This document shows, piece by piece, positions 20,150 through 30,405 of a stretch of 64,000 nucleotides of DNA (positions are counted from its first letter, which is position 1; each line of letters starts with the position of its first letter). The stretch is taken from contig DATGHL010000047.1 of NCBI GenBank assembly GCA_035308025.1, forward strand, positions 430-64,429, written 5' to 3'. Under the pieces are notes generated by a model. The model saw only the letters and a program-made list of their open reading frames with translations, did not search any database and was not told the origin of the DNA. This DNA comes from Candidatus Binataceae bacterium. Lineage in GTDB: Bacteria; Desulfobacterota; Binatia; Binatales; Binataceae. The position numbers and the translations under genes are program-made.

Positions 20150-21346
20150 CTATGAATGCAAGTCCTTGGAGCCCTTGATCAGGCGGTCCCGCAACGCGAT
20201 GTTGGTTGCGGCGTCGATCATGGTCCAGGCCATTGCGAGCGCGCCATCAAAGACCGCGCGATCAGCCTCTGCCTTGATGCAGTGCGCGGTGAATTCCGGC
20301 TGATGGTTTACCGCCGGCATCGAGCCCAGACCGATCATCGGATGAATCGACGGGATTTTTAGCGAGACGTTGCCCATATCGGTCGAGCCGGCGGCGCGCG
20401 CGAAATCCGAGTTCGGCGGCAATCGCACCGTGTCCAGCAGCTTGCGTCCGGCCGCGGTCGCGTTCGTGCGATAGAGCGCGAGCAGATCCGCGTCATGACG
20501 CATCTCGGCGTAGGGCTTGTCACCACCCGTGATTTTCATCGTCGCGCCGGTGGCGAGAGCGCCCGCCTCGAAACATCGATGCACCCGCGGGAGCAGGCGT
20601 TGCAGTTTTTCGATGGTCTCGGCCCGCGCGATATAGCGCGCCGCGGTATGCGCCGGAATTACGTTGGCCGCGTCCCCGCCTTTGGTGATGATGCCGTGGA
20701 TGCGCTCGGAGTGCCGAATATGCTGGCGCAGCAGCCCAATCGCGGTTTGCGCGATTGTCAGGGCGTCGGCGGCGTTGACCCCGCGTTCGGGGAAAGCCGC
20801 GGCGTGCGCCTCCTTGCCGGTATAGCTGATCTCGAACTGCGCGGCGGCAATGATCGGCGGCTCGGCCAAATCCACCGGCGCCGGATGAATCATCATGGCG
20901 GCATGGGCGCCGTCGAAGCCGCCGCGCTCGAGCAGCTCGATCTTGCCGCCGGCGTTGCACACCTCCTCGGCCGGCGTGCCGATCAGGCTGACGGTCAAGC
21001 CGGCGTCATCGGCGATGCGTGCAGCCGCGATCGCAGCGCCGACACTCATCGCGGCTATGATGTTATGCCCGCAGGCGTGACCGATCCCAGGTAGCGCGTC
21101 ATATTCAGCGCAGATCGCGATATGGAGCGGCCCCGAACCTGCGCGCGCAATCACCGCTGTCGGCAAATCGAAGATGCCGCGGCGAACCTCGAAGCCTTCG
21201 TCCGCCAGCGCTTCCGCCACCCACGTCGAGGATTTCTCCTCCTCCCATCCGAGTTCCGGATGAGCATGGATGCGATGGCTCAGTGCGACGAGCCGGTCCC
21301 GGCGTGAAAGTAAACGTTCGCGGGCGGCGTCCTTGATCTCCATCAT
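20150..21346 (-). CDS. M20-family amidohydrolase (hippurate hydrolase/aminoacylase-like)
   Basis: 398 aa with metal-binding motifs (HACGHN ... GTPAEE). Confidence 0.8.
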   Translation of the reverse strand: MMEIKDAARERLLSRRDRLVALSHRIHAHPELGWEEEKSSTWVAEALADEGFEVRRGIFDLPTAVIARAGSGPLHIAICAEYDALPGIGHACGHNIIAAMSVGAAIAAARIADDAGLTVSLIGTPAEEVCNAGGKIELLERGGFDGAHAAMMIHPAPVDLAEPPIIAAAQFEISYTGKEAHAAAFPERGVNAADALTIAQTAIGLLRQHIRHSERIHGIITKGGDAANVIPAHTAARYIARAETIEKLQRLLPRVHRCFEAGALATGATMKITGGDKPYAEMRHDADLLALYRTNATAAGRKLLDTVRLPPNSDFARAAGSTDMGNVSLKIPSIHPMIGLGSMPAVNHQPEFTAHCIKAEADRAVFDGALAMAWTMIDAATNIALRDRLIKGSKDLHS

Positions 21347-21438
21347 CTACCTCCTTACCGATCTACTTGTTCAATTCGAGCCTTCGTATGGTGGAAAATC
21401 TCTTGTTGAAGTACAAGGCAGGGGCTAAGCCTGAAGCC

Positions 21439-21732
21439 ATGAACAAATGCGACCTTTGCGAGTTGAAAGAATACACCCCGTGGTACGCGAGTTTCACCCA
21501 GCCGTTCAAGTTCACGCTGCTCGAGTGCGACTCCTGCGACACGCCGATGGCGGTGCTCGGCGACCATCGCGTCGCACCTACCGACGAGGAACGCGCCTTT
21601 ATGGTCGAGGCCCTATCGCTGGTAGCGCGTCATAAATACGGCGCGGACGGCTTTATCATCGACGGCGTGATGCGGCAGATTCCCGACCATTGCCATCTCC
21701 ACGCGCGGCCCAAGCGCTGGCCCGGACTGTAA
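21439..21732 (+). CDS. HIT-family-like small protein (N-terminal CxxC, C-terminal H-x-H-x-H)
   Basis: KCDLCELKEY resembles the Hint CIFCKII motif, and DHCHLHARP resembles the histidine triad. The tracked ORF extends upstream to a possible start at 21367. Confidence 0.4.
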   Translation: MNKCDLCELKEYTPWYASFTQPFKFTLLECDSCDTPMAVLGDHRVAPTDEERAFMVEALSLVARHKYGADGFIIDGVMRQIPDHCHLHARPKRWPGL

Positions 21733-21855
21733 TCTGCGTGCGCATCCGCCGGATTTCACCTCGCGGGCAGGGCTCGATGGTAGCGTTTGTTCAGCAGTTG
21801 CGCTAACATTCCGACGGTTCGTACATTACCTGTGCTCATACGACGGAGGTTTTGG

Positions 21856-22260
21856 ATGAGTTCATCATTTATGCGCGCCTGTGCGCCGATCCTATTGGTT
21901 GCGGTCGTTTCGATCGGGCTCGTCGGTGCGGGAACAGCGCTCGCGGCGACACCCGCCACCACAATCAAGATGAGTGATACGCCACCTAAGTTTTTGCCCG
22001 AGAAAGTGACGATCAAAGCCGGCCAGAGCGTCGAGTGGGTCAACAATGCCGCGACGCTCCATTCCGTCGACGCCGACGCCTCGATGGTGCAGAATCCCAA
22101 AGATGTCGTGCTACCGGCCGGCGCCAAACCCTTCGATTCGGGCTTCATGCCGCCGGGCGGCACATTTGATTACACCTTTACGGTTCCCGGCGCCTATCAC
22201 TACACCTGCGTGCCCCACGAGAAAGACGGCATGAAGGGCGAGATCGACGTTACAAAATAA
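21856..22260 (+). CDS. Cupredoxin (plastocyanin/pseudoazurin-like blue copper protein) with signal peptide
   Basis: Cu-ligand motifs are H(S)VD...YHYTCVPHEKDGMKGEIDV (the Cys, His and Met ligands). GGAGG sits 7 nt upstream of the ATG at 21856. Confidence 0.8.
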   Translation: MSSSFMRACAPILLVAVVSIGLVGAGTALAATPATTIKMSDTPPKFLPEKVTIKAGQSVEWVNNAATLHSVDADASMVQNPKDVVLPAGAKPFDSGFMPPGGTFDYTFTVPGAYHYTCVPHEKDGMKGEIDVTK

Positions 22261-22335
22261 CGCGCTGTGCGATTTGATCGATAACCACCGGACCGCTATT
22301 GTGGCGCGCAAGCCGATCGCGATGGGTCAAGACTG

Positions 22336-22998
22336 ATGAAGCCGCGTAACTTGATGAAGATAGTGCTGGCCGGCGCGTTTCTCGGCGCGGCCACGATGGT
22401 TACATCGCAGGCGCGCGCCTTTCCCTGGGCTACCGATATGTATCGCGGCCCGCAGGTTGCGACCTTTGCCGAAGCGCCGCGCCAGATGCCCGACGGCGTG
22501 ATGCCCGTCGATGGTATCCATTACAACGTTCACTATGGTCAGCCGAGCGGCATCGCCGACACGCAGGCCATCCCGCCGATGAAGCTCGAAATGATGACCG
22601 TGAAGATGCAGAATCCGCTCCAGCCGGACGCCGCGAATCTGGCGGCGGGCAAGGAGCGTTTTGAGACCAACTGCTCGCCGTGTCACGGCATGACCGGAGC
22701 GGGTAATGGCACCGTAGCTCATCTGCTGCATCATCCGCCGAAAAATCTTTTGACTGGCGTCAGCAAGAATCTGCCCGACGGTTACATCTACGGCTACATC
22801 CGCAACGGCGGTATCTGGATGCCGGCATACGACGACGCGATGTCCTCGAAGGAGCGCTGGCAGACGGTGCTCTACGTCCGCGAGCTCGAGCGCAAGTACG
22901 GCGGCGAGACCAGCATCGCCGCGGCGCCGCCGCCCGAGGATCGCCACGTGACCGACTCCGACGCCGCTTACACGGAAACCGGCTCGGATAGCCCGTAA
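22336..22998 (+). CDS. Mono-haem c-type cytochrome with signal peptide
   Basis: A single CSPCH haem-binding motif, a downstream Met ligand candidate, and an N-terminal signal. Confidence 0.75.
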   Translation: MKPRNLMKIVLAGAFLGAATMVTSQARAFPWATDMYRGPQVATFAEAPRQMPDGVMPVDGIHYNVHYGQPSGIADTQAIPPMKLEMMTVKMQNPLQPDAANLAAGKERFETNCSPCHGMTGAGNGTVAHLLHHPPKNLLTGVSKNLPDGYIYGYIRNGGIWMPAYDDAMSSKERWQTVLYVRELERKYGGETSIAAAPPPEDRHVTDSDAAYTETGSDSP

Positions 22999-23249
22999 CC
23001 CTCTTCGATAGCAACACAGTCTGCGCATCAGGCAAAATCCTGTGACGGCGCGTTATTCAGATGGATGACGCGCCGTTGATCTGTGCATTGGTAGTGGTGG
23101 AGGGAGCTTCCGGCAGCGTGGGAAAGAGCGTTTAATTCTACCGCAACGTTCCAGACGTCGTGTCGTAAAGATTATTGGCGATGCTAAGCGGATCACTTTC
23201 GAGCTGAAGCGTTTTCCACGGCACATCGTCCGTTATCACGAGGAAAGCA

Positions 23250-24536
23250 ATGCCTCATGAAGCAGCTCGCATGAAGCGCGCGAGCCTCTGGCGCGCCAGC
23301 CTGCTCGCGATAGTCGCCGTCGCCGCGGTGCTCCCGTGCACGGCGTTGGCGCAGGCGATGGCGCTCGCCCAGGTGGTCGCCGAGGTCCAGCGCGTCAATC
23401 CGCAGGTCCGTGGCGCGCGCTTTCGCTGGGAATCGGCGCAGCATCAGATTATTCAGAATTACACCCCCGTCGATCCGCAGTTCGCCTTCTCGAACCTCGA
23501 TAGCTGGCGCGGGGTCAACGACGCCGGCGAACAGAGTATGCTGTTTACGCAGGCGTTGCAGTTTCCCGGCAAAGGCCTGCTGCAGGGTCGCAACGCGCGG
23601 CGCACCGCCGGAATCGCCCATCTGACCTATCTCGCCGCAGTGCGCGACATCACGGCGCAGGCCAAAACCGCCTACTACCAGATTCAGCTCGACCTTGCGC
23701 TCAACGATCTGATGACGGAGAACGTCGCGAATCTCGCGCGGGTGCTGAAGGTGACGCAGATCGCCTACACCGCGAATCTCGCGACCCAGGGCGACTATAT
23801 TAATGCGAAGTTCGCGCTCGAGGCCGACCGCGAACTGGTGCGCCAGCAGGCGGTCGCGATCGCCAACGACAAGACCGCGCTCAATATCCTGCTCGATCGC
23901 AAACCCGATGAGCCGTTGCAGGTTGATCTGAATTTCGATCTCGCGACCTTCGAAACCAGTCTCGATCAGGTGATCGATCGCGCCGTCAGCGCGCGCCAGG
24001 AAATCCTCGAAGCCGCCCTCGCGCAGGACAATCAGAATACTGCGGTGACACTCGCCGAGCTTGAATATGCCCCGGATTACACTTTGGGTCTCGGGTACGA
24101 TCATTTTCTTAGCGCGAACTTTGCGCCTGCGCTTAACCATAACAAAGACTGGAATCTCGAGGTCAGTTTCAATCTGCCGATTTTCTTCTGGGCCAAAAAT
24201 GAGGACATCCGCCGCGCGCATCGCGATCTCGACGCCGCGCGCGAAGACCTCGATTCGATTCGCACGCAAACCGCCGGACAGGTGACCGTGCTCTATCGGC
24301 AAATCCTCCGTGCGCGCGAAACCGCGACGCTCTATCAACACACCCTCATCCCGCTGGCCCATCAGGCCTTCGAGGTGATGCTGATCTCATATCAGGGCGG
24401 CAAGAGCGACTTCACCACGCTCATCAGCACCTTCCGTCAGCAAAGCGACGCGCGCGTGACCTATCTGCAGGCGGTCAACCAGTTGCTCGCGCAAAAAGTC
24501 GCGCTCGAGCAGGCGGCCGGAGGCAGCCTGCAGTGA
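23250..24536 (+). CDS. Outer-membrane efflux protein (TolC/CzcC/CusC family)
   Basis: 428 aa with a signal peptide and two OEP repeats. Its stop overlaps the adaptor start (ATGA at 24533-24536). Confidence 0.8.
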   Translation: MPHEAARMKRASLWRASLLAIVAVAAVLPCTALAQAMALAQVVAEVQRVNPQVRGARFRWESAQHQIIQNYTPVDPQFAFSNLDSWRGVNDAGEQSMLFTQALQFPGKGLLQGRNARRTAGIAHLTYLAAVRDITAQAKTAYYQIQLDLALNDLMTENVANLARVLKVTQIAYTANLATQGDYINAKFALEADRELVRQQAVAIANDKTALNILLDRKPDEPLQVDLNFDLATFETSLDQVIDRAVSARQEILEAALAQDNQNTAVTLAELEYAPDYTLGLGYDHFLSANFAPALNHNKDWNLEVSFNLPIFFWAKNEDIRRAHRDLDAAREDLDSIRTQTAGQVTVLYRQILRARETATLYQHTLIPLAHQAFEVMLISYQGGKSDFTTLISTFRQQSDARVTYLQAVNQLLAQKVALEQAAGGSLQ

Positions 24537-25669
24537 GCGGTTTGACCAGGTTGCTTCGGCCGCTCGCGGGCCTCGCCGCAATTGCCGCCTTGCTCGCGCT
24601 CAGCGCGGCCGGATGCGACAGTGCGCCGCCGGCCGACAGCAGCGACAGTCCGCCGCCGATGGTGAGTCTGATCCATCAGGATCAGGGCGCGGATTTGCTC
24701 CAGTTACCACGCGGCGGCGTGCCGGGCATGACCGAGACGACGCTAGCGGCGGTCGATCTGCCGGGCGTGCTCGAGACCACCGGGCAGATCACCTTCGATG
24801 ATCGCCGCGTCGCCAATATCATCTCGCGCGTCACCGGGCGGATCGAAGAGGTCCGCGTCTCCCAGTGGGACAATGTCCAGCGCGGGCAGCCGATCCTGAC
24901 GCTTTACAGCCCCGACTTCATGACCGCGGAGGCCGAATATCTCCAGGCCAAGGCGGCCGGGCCGGCGCTGGCCCCCGGGGGCGCCGACAGCGATCAGTTC
25001 GCGCGCTCGATGCTCGAGGCGGCGCGCCGCAAACTCGATCTGCTGGGCATCAGCCCCGCGCAGATCGAGAGCATCTGGACCGCCGCGCCAAGCTTCGTGA
25101 TGCGCGCGCCGATCAGCGGCACGATCGTGCAAAACCAGGCGCTGCGCGGCTCCGCGGTCAATCCCGGCGACGTCCTCTACTCCGTCGGCACGCTCGACGA
25201 CGTCTGGGTCGTCGCCGACATCTACGAGGACGAACTGGCCCGCGTGCGGGTCGGCCAGCAGCTCGAAGCCGTCGCGACCGCTTATCCCAGCGAGACCTTT
25301 TACGGCACGATCGCCCGCATCAGCCCGGGCGTCGATCCCAACACGCACACAATTCAGATCCGCTGCGAGGTCAAGAACCCCGGCCTTAAGCTCAAGCCGC
25401 AGATGCTCGCCGTCGTGAAGATCCTCGTCCAGCCCGGGCACGCGCTAGTTGTACCGGTCGATGCGCTCGTCTTTGAAACCGACGCCTATATGGCCTATGT
25501 CGATACCGGCAACGGCCGTATCGAGCAGCGCAAGGTGGCGATCGCCTCCTGGAACCAGCCCGGCTTTGCCCGCGTGGTATCGGGACTCACGGCCGGCGAT
25601 CGCGTCATCACCGGCGAGTCGTTGCAGGTCGATCAGTTGTGGAACCGCGCTCACGGGGCCAAATCCTGA
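24533..25669 (+). CDS. Efflux RND periplasmic adaptor (membrane fusion protein, CusB/CzcB-like)
   Basis: 378 aa with HlyD/biotinyl-lipoyl-like and beta-barrel segments. It sits between the OMF and the RND pump. Confidence 0.8.
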   Translation: MSGLTRLLRPLAGLAAIAALLALSAAGCDSAPPADSSDSPPPMVSLIHQDQGADLLQLPRGGVPGMTETTLAAVDLPGVLETTGQITFDDRRVANIISRVTGRIEEVRVSQWDNVQRGQPILTLYSPDFMTAEAEYLQAKAAGPALAPGGADSDQFARSMLEAARRKLDLLGISPAQIESIWTAAPSFVMRAPISGTIVQNQALRGSAVNPGDVLYSVGTLDDVWVVADIYEDELARVRVGQQLEAVATAYPSETFYGTIARISPGVDPNTHTIQIRCEVKNPGLKLKPQMLAVVKILVQPGHALVVPVDALVFETDAYMAYVDTGNGRIEQRKVAIASWNQPGFARVVSGLTAGDRVITGESLQVDQLWNRAHGAKS

Positions 25670-25715
25670 GCCGCTTTTTTCAACCGCCGGTCAAGAAAAC
25701 GGCGCAGCAACGGCA

Positions 25716-28700
25716 ATGATCCAGTGGCTGATGGACCTCGCGCTGAGCGCGCGAGTGGTGGTGGTGAGCGCGGCCGTGTTGTTGGCGCTCGCCGGACTCT
25801 TTTCCTTCACCCAACTCGACATCGAAGCCTATCCCGATCCGGTGCAGCCGATGACCGAGGTGCTGACCCTGCCCAACGGTCTCAGCGCCGAGGAGGTCGA
25901 ACGCCTGGTCACGGTGCCGACCGAGTACGGGATGAGCGGGATGCTGCATCTGACCGCGATGGAATCGATTTCGCTCTACGGCCTCTCCGACATTCGCCTC
26001 TATTTCGATTGGGATAGCAATTACGAATTCGACCGCACGCAGACCATCAACCAGTTGACCTTCGTCACGCTGCCGCCAGGCATCCAGGCCGGGCTCTCGC
26101 CGCAAAATGCGGTCGGCGAGATTTATCGCTACACCGTCCAGAGTCCCAATCACGATCTCATCAGCGAGAAGGAAATCGAAGACTGGGTTTGCGAAAAGCA
26201 GCTCAAGACCGTCCCCGGTGTCCTCGATGTCGAAGGCTTCGGCGGCTTGACCAAGGAATATCACGTCGATCTTGACCCGCCGAAGCTCAACCACTACGGC
26301 ATCCCGCTCACGCAAGTCATTACGGCGATTCAGAATTCAAACACCAACTCCGGCGGCAGCTACCTCAACCTCGGCGAGCAGGCCTTCGATGTCCGAGGAA
26401 TCGGCCTGATCCAAAACCTCGATGACATTCGCAACATCGTCCTCGCGACCAGCAAATCTACGCCGATCAAGCTCGCAAATGTCGGCGACGTTTCCGTCGG
26501 CTGGGCGCCGCGCCTCGGAATTGTGGGGATGAACTACCAGGACGAGGTGGTCAGCGGCATCGTCCTGATGCGCAAGTACGGCAATACGCTGGAGACTCTG
26601 AAGGGCGTCGAGCAGAAGGTAAATCAACTCAATACGCGGGGCATGCTGCCTGCGGGCTACAAGATCGTCCCCTACTACGACCGCACTGGCCTGGTTTACA
26701 CCACCCTCCACACGGTCTTCGAGAATCTGCTGATCGGGATGATGCTGGTCTTTCTGGTCCTGCTGTTTTTTCTCGGTAATCTGCGCGCCGCGCTGATCGC
26801 CGCAGTCAATATCCCGCTCGCGATGTGCGGGGCTTTTATCCTGCTCCACCTGAGCAACACCCCCGCCAATCTGTTGTCACTGGGCGCGGTCGATTTCGGC
26901 ATCATCATCGATTCGACCATCATCGTAGTGGAGAACATCTTTCGCCATCTCACCTCCAGCGAGCTGCCCAGCGAGGGCAAACGGCAGCGGATTGGCCGGG
27001 CGGCCCGCGAAGTCGGCGGGCCGATGTTCTACTCGACCCTGATCTTCCTCATCGCCTTCCTGCCGCTCTTCACGATGCGCGGGGTCGAGGGCGCGATCTT
27101 CTCGCCGATGTCGCATACCTACGCCTATGCGCTGACGACCGCGATTCTGCTCGCGGTCACGCTCTCGCCGGCGCTGTGTTCTTTCCTCCTGCGCCGGGGG
27201 ATGCGCGAGACGCACAACTTCATATGGGAAGCCTTCTCGCATTCCTATCACGCGCTCTTCGTTCGGGTGCTGCGCTGGCCGCGCGCGACGGTGACGATAA
27301 TCATGCTGCTGGTGGCCGGTGGGCTCGCGCTCTTCCCGCGCCTGGGCGGTGAGTTTCTGCCGAAATTGGAGGAGGGCAATATCTGGGCGCACGCAATCAT
27401 GCCGACCACGATCAACCTGCCTCAGGGCGCCAAACTGGTGAGCCGGATGCGCACCGTTTTTCTCTCCTTCCCCGAAGTGGCGAGTGTTGTCTCGCAGCTC
27501 GGCCGTCCTGACGACGGCACCGAGACGACCAGCTTTTTCAACATCGAATTTGCGGTTGATCTCAAACCCGCCGCGGCTTGGCCCGCAGATGTTACCAAGG
27601 AGAAACTGGTCAATCAGATGGACGAAAAACTGCGCCACCGCTTTCCGGGCGTTGATTTCTCCTATTCACAGAATATCGAGGACAATATCGACGAAGCCCT
27701 GTCCGGCGTGAAGGCGGGCTCGAACGCCGTCAAAATTTTCGGTTACGATCTGAAAAGCGACGAGACCCTTGCCGGCCAGATCACCCGGGTGCTTGGCCGG
27801 GTGCGCGGCGTCACCGACGTCTTCATGTTCCGCTCGCTCGGCCAGCCCAACATTGTCATCCGGCCCGACCGCGCGGCCGCGGCCCGTTACGGCCTCAATT
27901 CCGGCGACGTCGCGGCGATCGTGCAGGCCGCGATCGGCGGCCAGGCGGTCACCCAGGTCTACGAAGGTGATCGCACTTTCAATCTGGTGGTGCGCTGGAT
28001 GCCCCAGTATCGCCAGACCGTCGCAGCGATGCGCGGGATTCGCGTCAATGTGCCGGGTGGCGGGGTCGTCCCGCTCGGCCAGATCGCGCAAATCGCGGCC
28101 TCGGAGGGCGCGTCGTTCATCTATCGCGGCAATTTGCAGCGCTACGTGCCGGTGCGTTTCTCGGTTACCGGCCGCGATTTGCAGGGCGCCGTCGCCGAGG
28201 CCAAACGGCGCGTTGCCGACGAAGTCCATCTCCCTGAAGGCACCCATCTGGAATGGGCGGGCGAGTACGGCGAACTCCAGGCCGCCAATCATCGGCTCGC
28301 CATCGTGGTGCCCATCGCGCTGATTCTGATCATGGGCGTCCTCTTTGCGGCTACGCAATCGGTCGTCAACACGCTCATCCTGATGGCGCAAATTCCGCTC
28401 GCCTGTCTGGGTGGCGTGTTGGCCCTGGTCGTGACGCATACGCCCTTCAGCGTCTCTGCCGGGGTCGGCTTCATCTCAATTTTCGCGATCGCGATCATGG
28501 ACGGCATCCTGCTCAACTTTTACATTCACCAGCTTTGGGAACAGGGCTATTCGGCGATGGATGCGATCGTAATGGGCGCGGATCGGCGCTTCCGCGCGGT
28601 CATGATGACGGCGCTGGTCGATGGCCTCGGGCTGTTGCCGGCGGCGCTCTCGACGCGCATCGGTGCGCAGACTCAGCGCCCGCTCGCGATCGTCGTGATC

Positions 28701-28853
28701 GGCGGCGCGCTCTCGATCGCCTTGCTGACGCGGGTTTTTCAACCCACCCTGATGTTCCTCTTCCGCCGCTACATCGGGCTCTCCGAGGAGCGTCGCACGA
28801 TGGCCAATGGCGGACCGGATCCGACGGCCGCGGCTCCCGGCATGAGCGTATAG
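25716..28853 (+). CDS. Heavy-metal-efflux (HME) RND permease, CusA/CzcA family
   Basis: 1045 aa. TM4 has GAVDFGIIIDSTIIVVENIFRH (compare CzcA GAIDFGIIVDGAVVIVEN). The start was trimmed to the ATG at 25716 (MIQWLMDLALS...). Confidence 0.85.
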   Translation: MIQWLMDLALSARVVVVSAAVLLALAGLFSFTQLDIEAYPDPVQPMTEVLTLPNGLSAEEVERLVTVPTEYGMSGMLHLTAMESISLYGLSDIRLYFDWDSNYEFDRTQTINQLTFVTLPPGIQAGLSPQNAVGEIYRYTVQSPNHDLISEKEIEDWVCEKQLKTVPGVLDVEGFGGLTKEYHVDLDPPKLNHYGIPLTQVITAIQNSNTNSGGSYLNLGEQAFDVRGIGLIQNLDDIRNIVLATSKSTPIKLANVGDVSVGWAPRLGIVGMNYQDEVVSGIVLMRKYGNTLETLKGVEQKVNQLNTRGMLPAGYKIVPYYDRTGLVYTTLHTVFENLLIGMMLVFLVLLFFLGNLRAALIAAVNIPLAMCGAFILLHLSNTPANLLSLGAVDFGIIIDSTIIVVENIFRHLTSSELPSEGKRQRIGRAAREVGGPMFYSTLIFLIAFLPLFTMRGVEGAIFSPMSHTYAYALTTAILLAVTLSPALCSFLLRRGMRETHNFIWEAFSHSYHALFVRVLRWPRATVTIIMLLVAGGLALFPRLGGEFLPKLEEGNIWAHAIMPTTINLPQGAKLVSRMRTVFLSFPEVASVVSQLGRPDDGTETTSFFNIEFAVDLKPAAAWPADVTKEKLVNQMDEKLRHRFPGVDFSYSQNIEDNIDEALSGVKAGSNAVKIFGYDLKSDETLAGQITRVLGRVRGVTDVFMFRSLGQPNIVIRPDRAAAARYGLNSGDVAAIVQAAIGGQAVTQVYEGDRTFNLVVRWMPQYRQTVAAMRGIRVNVPGGGVVPLGQIAQIAASEGASFIYRGNLQRYVPVRFSVTGRDLQGAVAEAKRRVADEVHLPEGTHLEWAGEYGELQAANHRLAIVVPIALILIMGVLFAATQSVVNTLILMAQIPLACLGGVLALVVTHTPFSVSAGVGFISIFAIAIMDGILLNFYIHQLWEQGYSAMDAIVMGADRRFRAVMMTALVDGLGLLPAALSTRIGAQTQRPLAIVVIGGALSIALLTRVFQPTLMFLFRRYIGLSEERRTMANGGPDPTAAAPGMSV

Positions 28854-28925
28854 TTAATTCGCCCCGTGCAACTCTGCCCGGCGGGCGGGAAACGTGCTAA
28901 ACGCCATCGTGGAGGGCATCCCATC

Positions 28926-29780
28926 ATGGCGGAGCTCGAAACCTTAGCCACAGGATTTGGACTACTGGAAGGTCCGCGTTGCGACGCTCGCGACCGGCTC
29001 TATTTCAGTGACGTCCCTAACGGCGGCGTTTACCGGCGCAGTCCCGACGGTGCGATCGAAACGCTGATTCCGAAACGGCGCGGCGTCGGCGGCATCGCGC
29101 TGAACGCCGGCGGCGGCATCGTCTGCACGGGCCGCGGCCTGATCCACTGGAACGAAGCGACGCGCACCAGCCGCGATCTCTTCACTCATTGGGAGGGGCG
29201 GCCGCTCAACGGCCTCAACGACCTCCAGCCCGACGACCACGGCTCGATCTTCGTCGGCTCGCTCGAGCATAACGCGCTCGAAGAAGGCGCCAAGCGGATT
29301 CCGGGCAGTCTCTACCGCGTCGATCCCGACGGCACCGTGCTCAAGCTCTACGAAGGCATTGAGACTACCAACGGGATGGGCTTCAGTCCCGATCGCAAAT
29401 ATCTCTACCACGCCGACTCGACCACCAAGTCAGTATGGGTCTACGACGTGCAGCCCGATCGCACCGTCAAGGATCGCCGGGTCTTCGCGCGGATGCCCGC
29501 CGGATGGCCCGACGGGCTTGCGATCGACGCCGACGGCGGCGTTGTCGTCGCAATCGTGAACCACGGCGAGGTCGTCCGCTTCAAGCCCAACGCCACCCTC
29601 GATTGGCGCCTCGACGTGCCCGCGCAGATGGTCACGAGCCTGACCTTTGGCGGCAAGGATTTCCGCGACCTCTATATCGTTACGGCGGACAATACCGAGG
29701 ACAAAGCAAAGAAGGGCACGGTCTTCCGCACGCGCGTCGAAATTCCGGGTCTGCCGATTCCGCTCGCGCGCTTCAATTGA
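28926..29780 (+). CDS. SMP-30/gluconolactonase/LRE-family protein (six-bladed beta-propeller lactonase)
   Basis: 284 aa with family motifs (LEGPRCDA...LYFSDV, NGMGFSPD, DGLAIDADGG). Confidence 0.75.
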   Translation: MAELETLATGFGLLEGPRCDARDRLYFSDVPNGGVYRRSPDGAIETLIPKRRGVGGIALNAGGGIVCTGRGLIHWNEATRTSRDLFTHWEGRPLNGLNDLQPDDHGSIFVGSLEHNALEEGAKRIPGSLYRVDPDGTVLKLYEGIETTNGMGFSPDRKYLYHADSTTKSVWVYDVQPDRTVKDRRVFARMPAGWPDGLAIDADGGVVVAIVNHGEVVRFKPNATLDWRLDVPAQMVTSLTFGGKDFRDLYIVTADNTEDKAKKGTVFRTRVEIPGLPIPLARFN

Positions 29781-29894
29781 TCGCGTCCGCTCGGCTATGC
29801 TTCCTGTTCCTGCCGCGTCAGGACAGGTTAGCGGCAGGATAAGTTAAACCGGGAAAACTTCCCACCAACATCGGTAGATAAAGGAGAACTCGTA

Positions 29895-30362
29895 ATGGCA
29901 CTGCAAGTTGGATCGCCGGCACCGGACTTTGCGCTTAAATCGAACAAGATGGCGGATGTAAAGCTCTCCGAGCTGCGCGGCAGCAAGGTGCTGCTGCTGT
30001 TCGTCCCGCTCGCCTTCACCCGCGTCTGCACCGGCGAACTCTGCAGCATGCGCGATTCGCTCAAGGATTATGAGGGCATGGACTGCAAGGTCTTCGGCAT
30101 CTCGACCGACAGCCCCTTTGCACTCGACGCCTGGGCCAAGGAGCAGAATTATCAGTTCCCGCTCCTGTCTGATTACAACAAGACCGTCGCTGCGGCCTAC
30201 GATACGCTCTACGCCGATCTCATGGGCTTCAAGGGCGTGTGCAAACGCTCGGCCTTCGTCATCGATCGCGAGGGCAAAATCCGCTACGCCTCGGTCGCCG
30301 AAGACGCGACCAAGGTGCCCAATTTCGACGAGATCAAAGCCTGCCTGCAGCAGCTTCAGTAG
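29895..30362 (+). CDS. Peroxiredoxin (AhpC/TSA-redoxin family, AhpE/PrxQ-like)
   Basis: 155 aa. The peroxidatic Cys lies in the context PLAFTRVCTGELC, within a thioredoxin fold. Confidence 0.8.
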   Translation: MALQVGSPAPDFALKSNKMADVKLSELRGSKVLLLFVPLAFTRVCTGELCSMRDSLKDYEGMDCKVFGISTDSPFALDAWAKEQNYQFPLLSDYNKTVAAAYDTLYADLMGFKGVCKRSAFVIDREGKIRYASVAEDATKVPNFDEIKACLQQLQ

Positions 30363-30371
30363 GTAATGAAC

Positions 30372-30405
30372 CCGGGGCGAGGGAAGTGAATCACCTTCGC
30401 CCCGG
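30372..30405 (+). terminator. GC-rich stem-loop (9-bp stem CCGGGGCGA/TCGCCCCGG) 10 nt after the peroxiredoxin stop; possible terminator (no U-tract)
   Basis: The inverted repeat was read from the sequence. Confidence 0.3.

Noticed and set aside
25449-25715. 89-codon 5' extension of the HME-RND ORF
   Set aside because: It overlaps the adaptor gene and has no RND homology. The conserved N-terminus starts at MIQWLMDLALS (ATG 25716).
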